Below, piece by piece: positions 49,661 to 62,471 of a stretch of DNA of 64,000 bases. The stretch comes from Nemertoderma westbladi. Taxonomy: Eukaryota > Animalia > Xenacoelomorpha. The notes under the pieces are model-generated. The model had not been told where the DNA came from and did no database searches. It was given only the letters and a program-made list of their open reading frames with translations. The number at the start of each line of letters is the position of its first letter. Positions within the stretch are counted from its first letter, which is position 1. The translations under genes were made by a program, and so were the position numbers. The DNA lies in NCBI GenBank assembly GCA_032718475.1, contig JAUCBJ010007128.1, forward strand, positions 1 to 64,000, read 5' to 3'.

Positions 49661-51273
49661 ATTAAGACTGAGATACCCCACTGGGACTTCAATCACTTCT
49701 ATTAATAAGAATGTTCCAATCACAGAATCACCAATGGCAAATAGAGATGTTTTGAAAACGATTCTGACAATTATATGCCTTCACTAGGTTTTGTCCAAAC
49801 GTTATTAATGTTAAAGCTGCCTTTTTACAAGGTAGACCTTTTCAGCATGATGTCTTTGTTAAGCCTCCACCTGAAGCACAGACAAACCTCTATTGGAAAT
49901 TACTAAAATGTGCATATGGTCTTATTGATGCACGTTGGATGTGGTATGATACTAATAACCAAAGTGCTTACAACTTTCGTTATTGGTACACATAAATAAA
50001 CATGACAATATCAAATTTACTGGATTGTTTATTCAAACTGTTGAAGTGCTGAATGGTTTCCATATCATTTATTCTCTGCCAAATTACCTAGAAAATTTGA
50101 AACCAATTGTCACAAGAAGAGACATGTTAGCAATTGATCATAACTCTGAATATGAACATGCATATAGATATCTTTTAGGATCACTTCAATGGCTAGCTAA
50201 CTCAACACGTCCAGATATATTATATGGAGTATCATCCTTACTTGGAAATTCAAATAAACTTCAGGAAGACCATATTAAAGCTGCTAATAAACTATTGAGG
50301 AAAGCGAAAGGGGCTGAGCCTGTTGACATATTATGCAAACCTCTTGCTAAATTCATCATTGAAACATATGTTGATGGAGGGTTTGCGAATGTAGAGAATA
50401 CTAGATCACAGGCTGGATTTATAAGCTTTTTGTCTGATAGTAAGAATCATAATGTTTTATCTTGCCATTCCAATCGCATACAGAGAATATATTGTCAATA
50501 ATTGTATTATTATTGTATATTGTCAAGAATATATACTTCTCGTATATATTTAGATTTATGATTATTTAGATTTATGATTATTTAGATTTATGATTATTAT
50601 GATGATTATTTTATAAGACTATTAAGTATATGTATGTATCGCATACAGAGAGTTTGCTGTTCAACTTTTGGAGCTGAGTTACTATCATGTGGAATATGAG
50701 ATACTATCATGTGGAATAAGTGTTGATCATACATTATTCATTAAATCTTTATAAGAGGAAATGAAAATACATATTTCCACTATTAGATTATAGACTGACA
50801 GCAAAGGATTATATCATCTCAATACTTTAACAAACAAAACAAATTTCTGAAAAATGATTAAAAATTGAACTGTCAATGATTCGATAATCAATGTCTGAAG
50901 ATGGTATTCAGTTATTCCATTTAGAATCTAAGGAAAATAAAGCAGATGTCCTCACAAAGGAGATACCAGGATTTGATTTATTGAAATACAAGCAAGAGTA
51001 GAACTATACAGAGAGACAAAGATTCGATTTATTGAAATACAAAAACAGTAGAACCATACAGAAAAATATTTATGTCCAGTGTTGGATGGATAAAGTTATA
51101 TAAAAAAAAAAAAAAAATATATATATATCATAGAAAGGATACATTTTTTATATCTACTGGTGGTATATGTAATTTTTTTGCGTAACTATAATAGTGAATA
51201 ATTTTTAGCCTTATTTGTTAAGAAATTTAAAATTATATTTTTTTTAATAAAAAAAAGAAAGTGAAAGTAATAT

Positions 51274-51489
51274 TGTTGAAGATATTATATCTACTGTATT
51301 TTGATCTGGTGTTGGGTTGTACTGTTGTACCAATCTCAGTTAGGTATAAGGTGCTGTTGTGTTTACTACCTACCAGTGTATTCTGTCAGTCTGTTATACA
51401 GTTATTGTTATTATATATAATATGTATTATAGTGTAATGGAGTTAATGTACCGACGATACATTTATTATTGAGATTTATACTTTTAACA
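51274..51489 (+). repeat. 3' LTR of the GalEa-like element
   Basis: TGTTGAAG...TTTTAACA after a purine-rich tract; its start matches 47271-47329. Confidence 0.85.
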
Positions 51490-51575
51490 CAATGCACTAC
51501 GCATTGGCCTTACTGAAAGTTTAGGTAGGTAATGCAACTTTAAGGAATTGGGAATGAGTTTCAACTCATTCTCTG

Positions 51576-52113
51576 ATGGGCAGCCTTGAATAGGCTTTCC
51601 AGGATTTGGAAGTAACAGAGAATTAATCGGAAACTTAGGTCTGATTATTTAGAGCAGCAGTAGTTCCAGTACTCCTCTATGGGAGTCCATGCTGGTCTCT
51701 AACTGCTAAGGACACCAAATCACGGGATGTCATATTCACAAGAATGCTATGCCGGGTTCATTGTTGTCAAGTACAATGCACACATCTCCAACCAGACACT
51801 ATAGAACATTGGAGGTGTCTCATTGGTTCCCCCAAGCTTGACACTAGAACAAAGTACCGCCTCCGCTTTGCAGGAAATTGCTTTTGCCATGAGGACCAGC
51901 CAGTGCATTATCTTGTGCTTTGGCAGCCTCAAGGAGTGAATAAGCATGGTGGACAGCCCATGACTTTCTTGAGACGTATCTTAAAGGACACTGGCCTTGA
52001 AGATGCGGATGATCTAGCAAATGTCATGGGTGATAGGGAGTTGTGGCGGCGCAATTTTCTCGACAAGCCGACACAGCATTCTTAAAAATGCAGCTGTAAT
52101 GCACCATGCCGAT
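51576..52113 (+). mobile_element. RTE LINE 3' fragment, copy 2
   Basis: Highly similar to 55091-55626 and ends at the same position (catgccgat). Confidence 0.85.
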
Positions 52114-52499
52114 AGAAGCTTTGTCAATAAGTTTTGATTAATTGTGTTTACTACAGCAATACTACAGTATAATAAATGAAGGAAACATATGGATTTATGC
52201 ATATTGCTACAACTAACTGTCAGTAAGTGTAATGGGTCAAATTCTTTACTTTCTTCATTGTGGATCTATATTTCCATTGTATGAATTTTCCATATTTTTG
52301 TCATTATCGATTTGTTTATTGGAGTTTGTGCAGTTTGTTGTGTTAATATCAATGTGATAGATTGGTTTGTCTTATTTAGGTTGTAATCATTGCCTAATCA
52401 GTTGTAAATGTATGGTAATAAATTTGATGGTTAGATTTCCATAAAAAAATCATATTTGGTCAAAAATAAGATAAAAGATAAAAGTCATATTTGGTGGGG

Positions 52500-52740
52500 A
52501 TCTCAGCCTGTTACACTGGCTCGGTAATTTTTCAAGTGAGATTAGTTTAGCAGCTGCACCATTACATCCACTTCTCAAGAAGGCCAATATTTTTCAGTGG
52601 ACTCCCAATGCTGAACTTCTTTAGCAGCTCTTGTTTCCCTGCCAGTACTCACTCCCTTTGATTCCAATCTTCTTGTTGAACTATATACTTATGCTTCTCA
52701 AATAGGAGAACATAGTTTCGCTTCATTACAACCAACTTCC
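52500..52740 (+). pseudogene. Gypsy RT-RNase H linker relic
   Basis: AAPLHPLLKKANIFQWTP and PVLTPFD..VELYTYAS motifs. Confidence 0.55.
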
Positions 52741-53039
52741 TTGGAATACTGCTTCAAAAAACTAGTTGAAACAAGAATGGGGGAGCCAGAAATTTCCAAT
52801 TTGCTACAAATTAATTATTTATTTTCTTCATATACACTTTTAATTATTTGTCTATTAGTGTTTCTTGTATACTATAGATGTGAGAGTAGATACTGTATGT
52901 AGTTTTTTGGAAAAACATTGTTTAATGGATTGTTTAATAGTAGACGGGATAGTATTCCAAATGGTAGGACCGAGATAAGTAATAGATCATTGTGCAATAT
53001 CCAACCTTGTATGGTGAATATGGAAATTACCTTGAGTTG

Positions 53040-53245
53040 AAGACCGGGTATAATATTGTGTGTGGCTGATGTTTTGTTAACAAGCACGAAATCGCGCAAA
53101 GGTCCGTGTCTACTAACGCATGAAATATCTCCTTGAATGGCTTACTACCGATCTTTCAACAAAAAACATTCACCGGAATTGGGGATTGAATTCGGTACCT
53201 AGAGATTCCAAGTCCCAAGCCTAACGAGAAATTAACACCAACCCC
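53040..53245 (-). mobile_element. Possible tRNA-derived SINE
   Basis: Degenerate tRNA-like head with a B-box-like gaattcaatccc on the minus strand. Confidence 0.35.
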
Positions 53246-53299
53246 AACATCAACAACAACAATGGAATGAATACTAGAGGTCTCGCTACGCGGACCTAA

Positions 53300-54362
53300 A
53301 AAGTAGACCTAAATCTGAAAGAGGATTAATTCTAAAGCTATTAAAATGTCATGCATGAAGACAGCGGTCTGGTGTTTGAAAAGACATTCTAATGGTAATA
53401 TATGTAATGACTTGTATAAGGGTGCAGACAAAGCCTGGAAGTGTCTGAGGTCTTACAATGGAGCAGTTTATTAATTTTAATACGGAGTGGCTTTAAAGTA
53501 GTAGCATTAGTACTTTCCCACAGTAGGAGTCCGTAGTGTAGGTAGGGGTGGATTAGACTGAAATAGAGTTGTCGAATAATATATAGAGGGAAGATATGGT
53601 GTAGTTTATAGAATAACCAGCCGTTCTAGAAACCTTTTTAAGGATATATTGAATATGTGGTTTCCAAGACAAATTATTGTCTTCCCAATCTCCAAGTAAT
53701 TTTGTACTAGTTTAATAATTAATATTATTATTATTGATTCGAGGTCGTGGGATTTGGGTAGGATCATTAATTATATTGGAAAATATGGTATATTTTGTTT
53801 TGGACAAGTTAAGTGACAATCGGTTAGACATTAACCAGTCTGTAACTTTATCAAGCTGTGCAGTATATTAGTGTTAGAAATAAGGTCATTAGAATTTGGG
53901 TTGGAATGGTATAGTGTAGTATCATCTGCGAACAGGATGGACTGGAGGGTTGTAGCAGTAGGTAGGTCATTAATATAGAGTAAAAAAAGAATAGGAGAAA
54001 GTATGCCACCTTGCGGGACTCCTCAAAGTAGAGGTTCAAGAGCTGAATAGTTGTTATTGATAGAGACGTATTGATACCTACAGGATAGAAAACTAGCAAA
54101 GAGTAGGTTAGGACTACCTCGGATTCAAGTTAAATTAGTATTTTATGGTTTAAGTATAAGTGAATTTTTTTGGTCTAGGGATTGGCGTATTTTTTCTATA
54201 ACAGTTAGTAATGCATGAGAAGTAGAAGTTTTAGCATGGAACCCAAATTGGGCTTTGTTTAGTATATTATATTTATTTAGGTAGGATTGTAGTTGTAAGT
54301 TGACTATTATTTCGAAAATTTTAGATAAAACGGGGAATAGAGAGATTAGCCTGTAGTTATTA
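53300..54362 (-). mobile_element. CR1/L2-group LINE RT relic
   Basis: NYRLISLFPVLSKIFE, QFGF, GVPQG and LFADD motifs; heavily decayed. Confidence 0.75.
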
Positions 54363-54363
54363 T

Positions 54364-55626
54364 AATACCTGAGTGTTTAAAGCTCATCTATCCCATCATA
54401 GTCGACATGTACCGAACAACAAGAGTCCCACAAGAAATGAAAACAAATAAGTTGGTGCCAGTTCCCAAGAAAGGCAACCTAACACTCTATGGTTCTTTTC
54501 GGGGAATCTCATTGATCTCGATTGCTGCAAAGCTAGACAATATAATTCTATTAAATCGCATCAGGGATCAGATCAGTATACGATGGTTCGACAACATTTG
54601 TGTCTACTGTTAATGGTGACACAGAACCATTTGAAGTGTTATGGGGCGTCCTCCAGGGAGACACACTTGCACCATTCTTGTTCATAATTGTAGTTGACTA
54701 TGTTCTACGCATGTCCTTAGATCATCATAATGATGATGGGGTCATGATATCTCCACCTACTGGCTCGAGGAAATCGAGGAAGTCGAGGAAATCCTGCCAA
54801 GTACCTAACTGATCTAGACTTTGCTGATGACTTAGGAGTACTCTAAGAATCACTAGAGGGAGCCCACGTCTCCTCAGCTAATTAGAACATGCTGCTTCTA
54901 GTGTTGGTCTTTTTATTAACTCCAGAAAGACCAAAATTTTGACAGGTAACTTTGAAAGTCCTCAGCAAGTCTCTGATCGGATGAACATAAGCTCAAAAGA
55001 TGGTATGCTTGAGCATGTGGATGACTTCTGTTACCTGGTATCATGGATCCGGAAGTCAGGTGAGGACCTTTGAATACGTAAGGGAAAGGCATGGGCAGCC
55101 TTGAATAGGCTTTCCAGGATTTGGAAGTCAACGAGAATTAATCGGAAACTTAAGGTCCGATTATTTAGAGCAGCAGTAGTTCCAGTACTATTCTATGGGA
55201 GTCCATGCTGGGCTCTAACTGCTGAGGACACCGAATCTCTGGATGGCACATTCACAAGAATGCTACGCCGGGTTCATTGTGTCAAGTACAATGCACACAT
55301 CTCCAACCAGACACTATATAACATTGGAGGTGTCTCATTGGTTCCCCCAAGCTTGACACTAGAACAAAATCGCCTCTGCTTTGCAGGACATTGCTTTCAC
55401 CGTGAGGATCAGTCAGTGCATAATCTTGTACTTTGGCAGCCTCATGGAGTGAATAAGCATGGTGGTCAGCCAATGACTTTCTTGAGATGCATCTTAAAGG
55501 ACACTGGCCTTGAAGATGTGGATGATCTAGCAAATGTCATGGGTGATAGGGAGTTGTGGTGGCACAACTTTGTCGACAAGCCGGCACAGCATTCTTAAAA
55601 ATGCAGCTGCAATGCAACATGCCGAT
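54364..55626 (+). mobile_element. RTE LINE fragment, copy 3
   Basis: Same family as 22056-23306, with an internal deletion at ~54569; LDFADDL motif; reaches the 3' end. Confidence 0.88.
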
Positions 55627-55689
55627 CCTAGTAGTACTAGTAGTACAATGTAATGCTGACAAATTCCTTGAGAGCCCATTCTACAAACA

Positions 55690-56509
55690 AATCTTGGTCC
55701 GAATCTCTACCACCAGTACTATTGGGACTGAGAGCTTCAGTCACATACCACGGATTTAGTCCATCACAAATGGTGTATGGTAGGACCATTGATCTACCTC
55801 AACAATTCTTTATTCCTACTAGTCAATCTGAAATAATTAAATTACCCGAATACATACGTTATTTAAAACCATCAACACATTTTCCATACCAACAAGAAAC
55901 CATAATTATGCAGCATACATACTGTCCTCATTGAAAGAAACAACACATGGCGTAATTACAACACATGGCGTAATTATAGACTCAAATCAAGTCTCAGTGA
56001 TCGATATAAAGGACCTTATCGAATTCTAGAACAAGATGAAAAAACTGTAAAGGTATCGATCAAAGGAGTGGAACAGAAACTGTCTATTGATTGCACCAAG
56101 CTGGCATTTTTACCTGCGGAAAGAAATGTACTCGTTATTGCTTCATCAATTCGATTCGCTCCTGAAGTACAATACTGTCATTTTAATAAGTATAATGCTC
56201 CACTTCTCATAAGGGGGGTCGTGTAATTGACAATTATATTAATCTAATATTAGTGTTGAACTTTGGTGAGAGGGAAATTCAAAGTAATAGAGTTCTAGGG
56301 TTATTCATTCAATAACTGCAGTACTGTATGACTGTGAACTGGTGGAACTACAGTCCAACATTCTGACAGTGTCAGACACATATCAAATACCGGACTACTG
56401 AAATACGTAAAATCTATCTATCTGTCTGTTGAAATATAATTATACTATAATATTATAATCGAAGCTGTTTGCAAGATTCAGTATTAAACTGTTAATAAAA
56501 AATATTACA
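55690..56509 (+). mobile_element. Gypsy integrase C-terminal relic with PPT and 3' LTR (56222-56509)
   Basis: LPPVLLGLR, SPSQMVYG and YKGPYRI motifs; AAGGGGGG PPT; TGTAAT...ATTACA termini. Confidence 0.75.
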
Positions 56510-57352
56510 TTGTGAATACAGTAGTTAGCTTACTGGTACCTTTACTAACATGAGTGAAAGTGAAAGTTGTAAGAATAAGACTACACTGTATGCCTATGGT
56601 ATGTTTTTTGTTCAGAGTGTAGGTAGCTGTATAGACTGACTGCATGCATCGTACAGTACCGGTAGCGGTACCGCAGCTTCCTTTAAGGTCTCAATCACAT
56701 CACTGCCTTACAACTACAGAACCTACCTGACCGGTACTGAACAGAACATATTGAGCAAAAATTTAATGTACTGGTACTGTCAAACTAAAGGGGAAGTTGA
56801 GTACTGACTGACTGGTACACTACAAGTTCAGATTGCACACTCAACTCAGCCTACTCAGAGATCCTTTACTTTCAGTATTTGAAAATTATGGGCAGCAGCA
56901 TCCTGATCCTGAATGCGGGAATGCCATTCTCAACAGTTTCTACGATTCTACCATAACGACGAATGTACCAGACCTGCAGACAGCCAGACTTGTACCTGCC
57001 AGTTGTAAATAACGTAGGTTTACATACTGCACAATGCTGTAGAACTATGGTACCGGTACAGGTACATTATCTTACTGGGAGTAGAAATTAAACTAAGATC
57101 TAGTCTTTCTGTCTATTGAAACAGATTGCAGTAGATTGATACGGTACTGGTACATCCAGAGAGTACACTTATACTACCGGTACTTAGTAAATTTTAGTGT
57201 GTGATTGGGAATTCTTGGGAACAATGACCTCCAAAGAGAAAGTAAATCAAATTAGTCCCGACTTGGAATTACTGGACACCATGATTACCATAGAGGACTG
57301 AAAGCGCCCCTCAACCTCAGATATTGCTCCAAATTTAAACAGTGGTATTGAG

Positions 57353-58076
57353 TTGGTTAGTCCTGTTCCTAGCGATATTCAACGTTTATCACAAGATGAT
57401 AAATCAGACTCTGACTTTTTGCTAGATAATCGCAATAGTAACACAGAATCTGCTACACGCCAAGCTGTTTCAGCTTTTAGAAATTTCTTAAATCTCGTCA
57501 AGTGTGCCACACAAATTGACCAATTTACATTTTATTATCTTGCCTATCATTTCAATGGATTCATTCGCCGGTACAAGAAACGAAATGGAGATAAGCTGGA
57601 AACTACAACTTTGAGATGCTATTTTTACGGTCTTCTCCATTATTTCTGTGACCTGAGACATGGCGATGTTCTACGACTGGCTCCATTCGTGCGTTCTAAA
57701 GAAATTTTACGTTCGCGTCTTTGCCAGCTAAAAGCAGCAGGAAAGGGTAACTTAGGAAATGCTAGTGATCCTTTGGATTGTAATGACTTTCGAGATCCCT
57801 GCTCAGCCACACTCTTACCCTGTATATCTTCATGAGTTGTATCTAAAGCGACGCTATCCTGATGGAAGAATCAATGGAGGTGATCGAAACTGGCTTAAAC
57901 CTAAAGCCACAACCCCTCCTGGCAATGTATGCTGGTATTGTAACCAACCAACCGGGAAGCATTCCTTTACCTTTATGAAGACCATGGCTGAGAAAGCTGG
58001 ATTAGCTGAAGAGGGCTGTAAGATCACTCAGGTCACCTGTAGGAAGACTGCTGCCCAGGTATTATGGGGTTCATAA
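57353..58076 (+). pseudogene. Crypton-type tyrosine recombinase relic (DUF3504/ZMYM/KCTD1-like)
   Basis: RNSNT...AVSAF, KKRNGD..ETTTL, LKAAGKGN, PVYLHELYL, WYCNQPTG, MAEKAGL and TCRKT motifs; middle of the domain is missing. Confidence 0.75.
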
Positions 58077-58526
58077 TTTCATTTCATTTCCTCGGAACAG
58101 GAAAGCCTCGGCTGTTCCTTGGGTTAAAATAACCGGAAAAATAACAAAATATCAGGGTATTAAATATAGTTAGATGGCTCTGCCAACCTGCGCACGAAGT
58201 GACTCTACACAATGGTCTGTGCGCTATTTCCACAGAGTTGATGATTGCGTAGAAATTTGAGATTTTACCCTTCTTCTGTCGTGGATGGGATATGGGTTTT
58301 TATTTTGACATTGACCCATATAAGAAAAATCTAAACAGAGAAATTTGGTGGGAAAGTTTTAAATATTTGAATGGGGTTTTCTCTAAAAGTACTTTTTCAT
58401 GGTTATTTTTTACACAAAGGTACATGACAACAGGTACACAAAGGTGGTGTCTCGACCTATCCGAGTTCCAAATTTCATAAAATTTAATTGAGCGGTTTAT
58501 CCAAAAAGTGTACCTTCGTTTGTTAA

Positions 58527-59030
58527 CCCTATTACCACTGGGGTGTTTAGACCATTAGCAGCACTGGCGGGGGGTCGATTCGCCCCCCCCCCCCGCTGTA
58601 TTTTTGTAATCATCCAATAAAATCCTACGAAATTTGGGCTGTAGGTGAAAAAAGTATCGAAGAACATCTTCAAATGCAAAAAAATGAAAATTTCATTAGG
58701 TGGGTATAATAATTTTCATGAAAAATAGAAGTAGTCCCAGGACAAAATATAAATGTGATTAAATGTGATCGAATGTGATTATATCCCATTTCCTAAAATT
58801 GAACTGGATGCTATTTTTCTCGCACCTAAGAAGTGGGCGTGGCACTTCAAATTTTGAAAAATACGATATTCGGAAAATACTCCCATCTTTTGATTTCAAC
58901 GCGTTTTTATATGTTTTCTAGACCGCTGAATCGATTGAAAATATTATCGAAGCCGGAAGACGTAGTGGATCGTCTTCTTTGGAGCACCAAAATTAGGGTG
59001 TGGCACTTCAAATATTGAATAATATGTGTA
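58527..59030 (+). mobile_element. Possible piggyBac-like MITE left end
   Basis: TTAA|CCCT start followed by a GGGG/CCCC hairpin; no partner TIR found. Confidence 0.35.
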
Positions 59031-60574
59031 AAAGCTTTTACTGAATTGTCCGGTTATTTTTCCTTATTTTTCCCGTAAAGTACTCTGTAGTTGGTTTACC
59101 AGGCATAAAAAGGCCGTGTCCTTGCTGTACTGGTGTTTTAGCGGACATAAAAGCTATTTCTTCTGTATTTGTACTTTAGAGGACATAATCCGTAATTCCG
59201 TGACGTAAAAGCTCGATACTCTTGAAAACAGTGTCGCTACCATGACGACGGCTAGCAGCTGATATTGCCACGTCGACGTTTCTTTGTTTCTCTGTTCTCT
59301 CGTTGTTCAGGTTGACCAATCTGAGCGTTTGTTATCTCTGTGTTGGAGGTATATACAGAAACTCAGTAGTTCAGTGTTATGTTTTTGTCCAGAGCCTAAG
59401 AACCGGCTTTGGCACCTCCGTGTTTTAGTTTTTAGTCTTACACTAGTAGGTTTAATTATAAAGGGCATATATCCTTTAACGCACCTACCTGACTCATGGA
59501 ATCACTGCTGACTGATGATCATACATGCTGACTGATGATTATACATGCTGACTGCTGAAACATTGCAAACTCATAACAATCAGTGTTTTCATTGTTGTTT
59601 TATACTGCTATTTACCGTCAGTTCTTCATAATATGGTTGATGAATTATTATATTTGGAATAACGATAAACAACCCCGAAACCCAATGTTCTTGATATACC
59701 GAAGGTAAGAGAGAAGGGTTACAGATAAACGATTGTGACTTATGTTAAAGTGGTTTGAAGTGAATCTAATGTTATTTGATAGACCCTACATGAGCCAGTC
59801 TGTGTTCCTTTTATATGTGACTAAAATCAGTGAAGATCGGCAGATTAGTGTGCAGTATTGTGCAGCATTGTGTATGAGTGAGTCTGTTAAAGAAGCATTC
59901 CTAAAGAATGCGCCATATATGTGAATTATAATTAAGCCATATCGTTGTGAGTGGTTTAAGTCATAACTCTGTTTATATAGATAAAGCGCCACGTCCTAAA
60001 GGAACTGTTAATATTACCGAAGGTGAATAATATTGTCAGAGATTATATAGTACTGTCAGTCGAATAATACATTAGGCTTACATAGCAATAAAATTAAACC
60101 GTCGAACCCAATCTCCCGGGAATCTCCAACGGGTGAATGGTCGCGCACGGATTGGTTTCGACTAGTGTAGTGAATCAAATACTTGTCATAGACTAAAAAC
60201 TGATTTAATATCTAGAAGACATCTTAATTTGGTGGGTTAAACTGCCAAAGGTCTGAAAGCGCGAACATTAAAGGATATAGCTTCTTTATTGCAGTAAGCA
60301 ATAAAGTTGAAAGTACCGGTCAACCGGTACATCTGTAGGTCAGTAGGCCCAACTGCCAGAACCGGTACCAGTAGGCCTGACTACCTAACCACCCGGACCG
60401 GTACCTACAGCAGTACAAGTACACTAGTATTATTCGATTTGATTGTTGCATACCGGTAGGCTGTTTAGGGGATTAGGGATTGATCACCCCTTATACCTTT
60501 ATATGGTTTACTTATTTCTGTCAAGTTTTATTTATTTGTAGGCCAGTATTGAACAGAAGGCGTGTAAACCTGAT

Positions 60575-61150
60575 CAGATTGTACAGACGATTTGTAGGCT
60601 GAGCTGTTGTCTGATTGCTGTTAAGTCCGAACGAATTGCAGTGTGTGTAGATCACCTGTCCGATTAAGTACGATTAGGCAGTAGGGGCAGCGAACGCTGT
60701 AAGGTAATCCCCCAACTAAAGAATAAGTCGCACTACTGGGTTAGAGCGCATACTCCCTAATCATTTCGGAGTCTGCATGTCCTGTGGTTTATTTAGGCTT
60801 GAGAGTGGTCTGCCATCGTTTAGTCTGTACTTTGTTTGTGTAAGTCTGTACGGGTAGCGTATAATTTTATTTAGATAATTTGTAGGCTGGATAGTTGTCT
60901 GGCTGTTATTAGGTCTGAACGGATTGCCGCGTGTGTAGATCATCTGTCCGATTAAGTACGATTAGGCAGTAGGGGCAGCGAACGCTGTAAGGTAATCCCC
61001 CAACTAAAGAATAAGTCGCACTACTGGGTTAGAGCGCATACTCCCTAATCATTTCGGAGTCTGCATATACCGTAGTTTGTTTAAGCTTGATAGTAGTCTG
61101 TCAGTGTTCTGTCTGTATTTTGTTTGAGTAGTTTGTACGCGTAGCGTAAT
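60575..61150. repeat. Tandem duplication, period 288 bp
   Basis: The block cgattaagtacgattaggcag...ggagtctgcat occurs at 60661 and 60949. Confidence 0.9.
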
Positions 61151-62471
61151 ATTTATTATTCAGAGTTTATGCGATTATTCGCAACATTCAAGTCCCCAAG
61201 TTTGTTCCTACAGTAATTGTGTTTGTTATACATACCGCTATAGTTAAATTAACCTCGGTACTACACGGGCTGCTTGGCGTAGGTAAAGACTGGTGATTTT
61301 GTGCATCGGTCACTCCAGCAGATGCCGTGGTTCTTTTAGCTGTTCAAGTATATTTAATTACTGATTATCTGTTGTACAAGTACTCGTACCTAATTTAGGG
61401 TTTAGTGTACAGTGCTTTCCGAGAATAATTAGTGTAGGCATTATATTTGTGTTGTAAAGTGGTTGATAGGCACATTCGATTAGCTCTATTAACTTCTAGG
61501 TAGGAACACTCCGTGATACATAACGTAGAACCTATAGCGATACGGCTATAGGTCGTCAGGCGGTGGTATTTTCCTATCTGGACAACGCAGTGTATTTACT
61601 ACTACTTATTATTTCAAATACCGTAGTACCCTGTCCGTTGTAATAACCAGTTTTCTAACCCTTTGTTAGGCTGGTTTGTAGACTTCTTGTAAAATTACCC
61701 TAAAAATTTCGTATTTTGTGTTTTTTGTAAATTTTTGTGTTTATTTAGAGATTGTAATCTCACCCGAATTGTACGTACTTTGTAGTATTAAGTAACTTAG
61801 GTAAATTAGTATTATTTGTTTTAGTGTCCTGTAAGTAACACTTCACTGAAAGCGCACCGCTTTGTGTAGTGATTACTCCCCAGAAATAATAACATTTATT
61901 TCAAATATTGACAAAGCCCATTAAAACGGGTATATATATATTATAAATCAAATCTAACGATTTATAAATAGTAGGCCTACCATATAACCATTAGGTCTCA
62001 ATATCAGTTGGACTACTGTTCAAATAACGGTAATAAAGTAAGTAAAGTAACAAAGTAACCCTAAAGTTCAGAAATTCAATTATTTAAAATAATTGATATA
62101 CCGGTATTTACGATAGGCCTATTATCTTTATTTCTGTAAATTTAGGCTGAAATTATACCGGTACTTGTAATTAATTCTAGTCCAGAATTATATATACTAC
62201 AAACAGTAAGCTGTATACCGGTATTCCGATAGGCCTATTATATATTTATATATATTTGTGCTAAAATTATACCGGTATTCTGTGATAAACCTAGTCTGTA
62301 ATAATAGTTATATATACTATAAGTATACCGGTATTCTAATATATTATATATATATCACGCTACATTGAGTAGCAGTACCGGTAATTAATTATTAGGCTAG
62401 CGGTTAATACTGAGTTACTAGACTTGCTCAGACTGTAATACAGCAGTAGACATTCAACTGTACACATAAGC

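Larger units (their letters stand above)
47271..51489 (+). mobile_element. Decayed copia element of the GalEa-like clade, internally deleted
   Basis: TSD CAATG on both sides; 3' LTR 51274-51489; 5' LTR only 47271-47329; WHGPANVIG..VFLHHGG, VIRGFQD, VKAAFLQG, GSLQWLANSTRPD and ADVLTK motifs. Confidence 0.85.

Noticed and set aside
59509-59556. CTGATGA as a hammerhead or snoRNA box
   Set aside because: Part of a 21-bp tandem repeat, with no stem II leading to GAAA.
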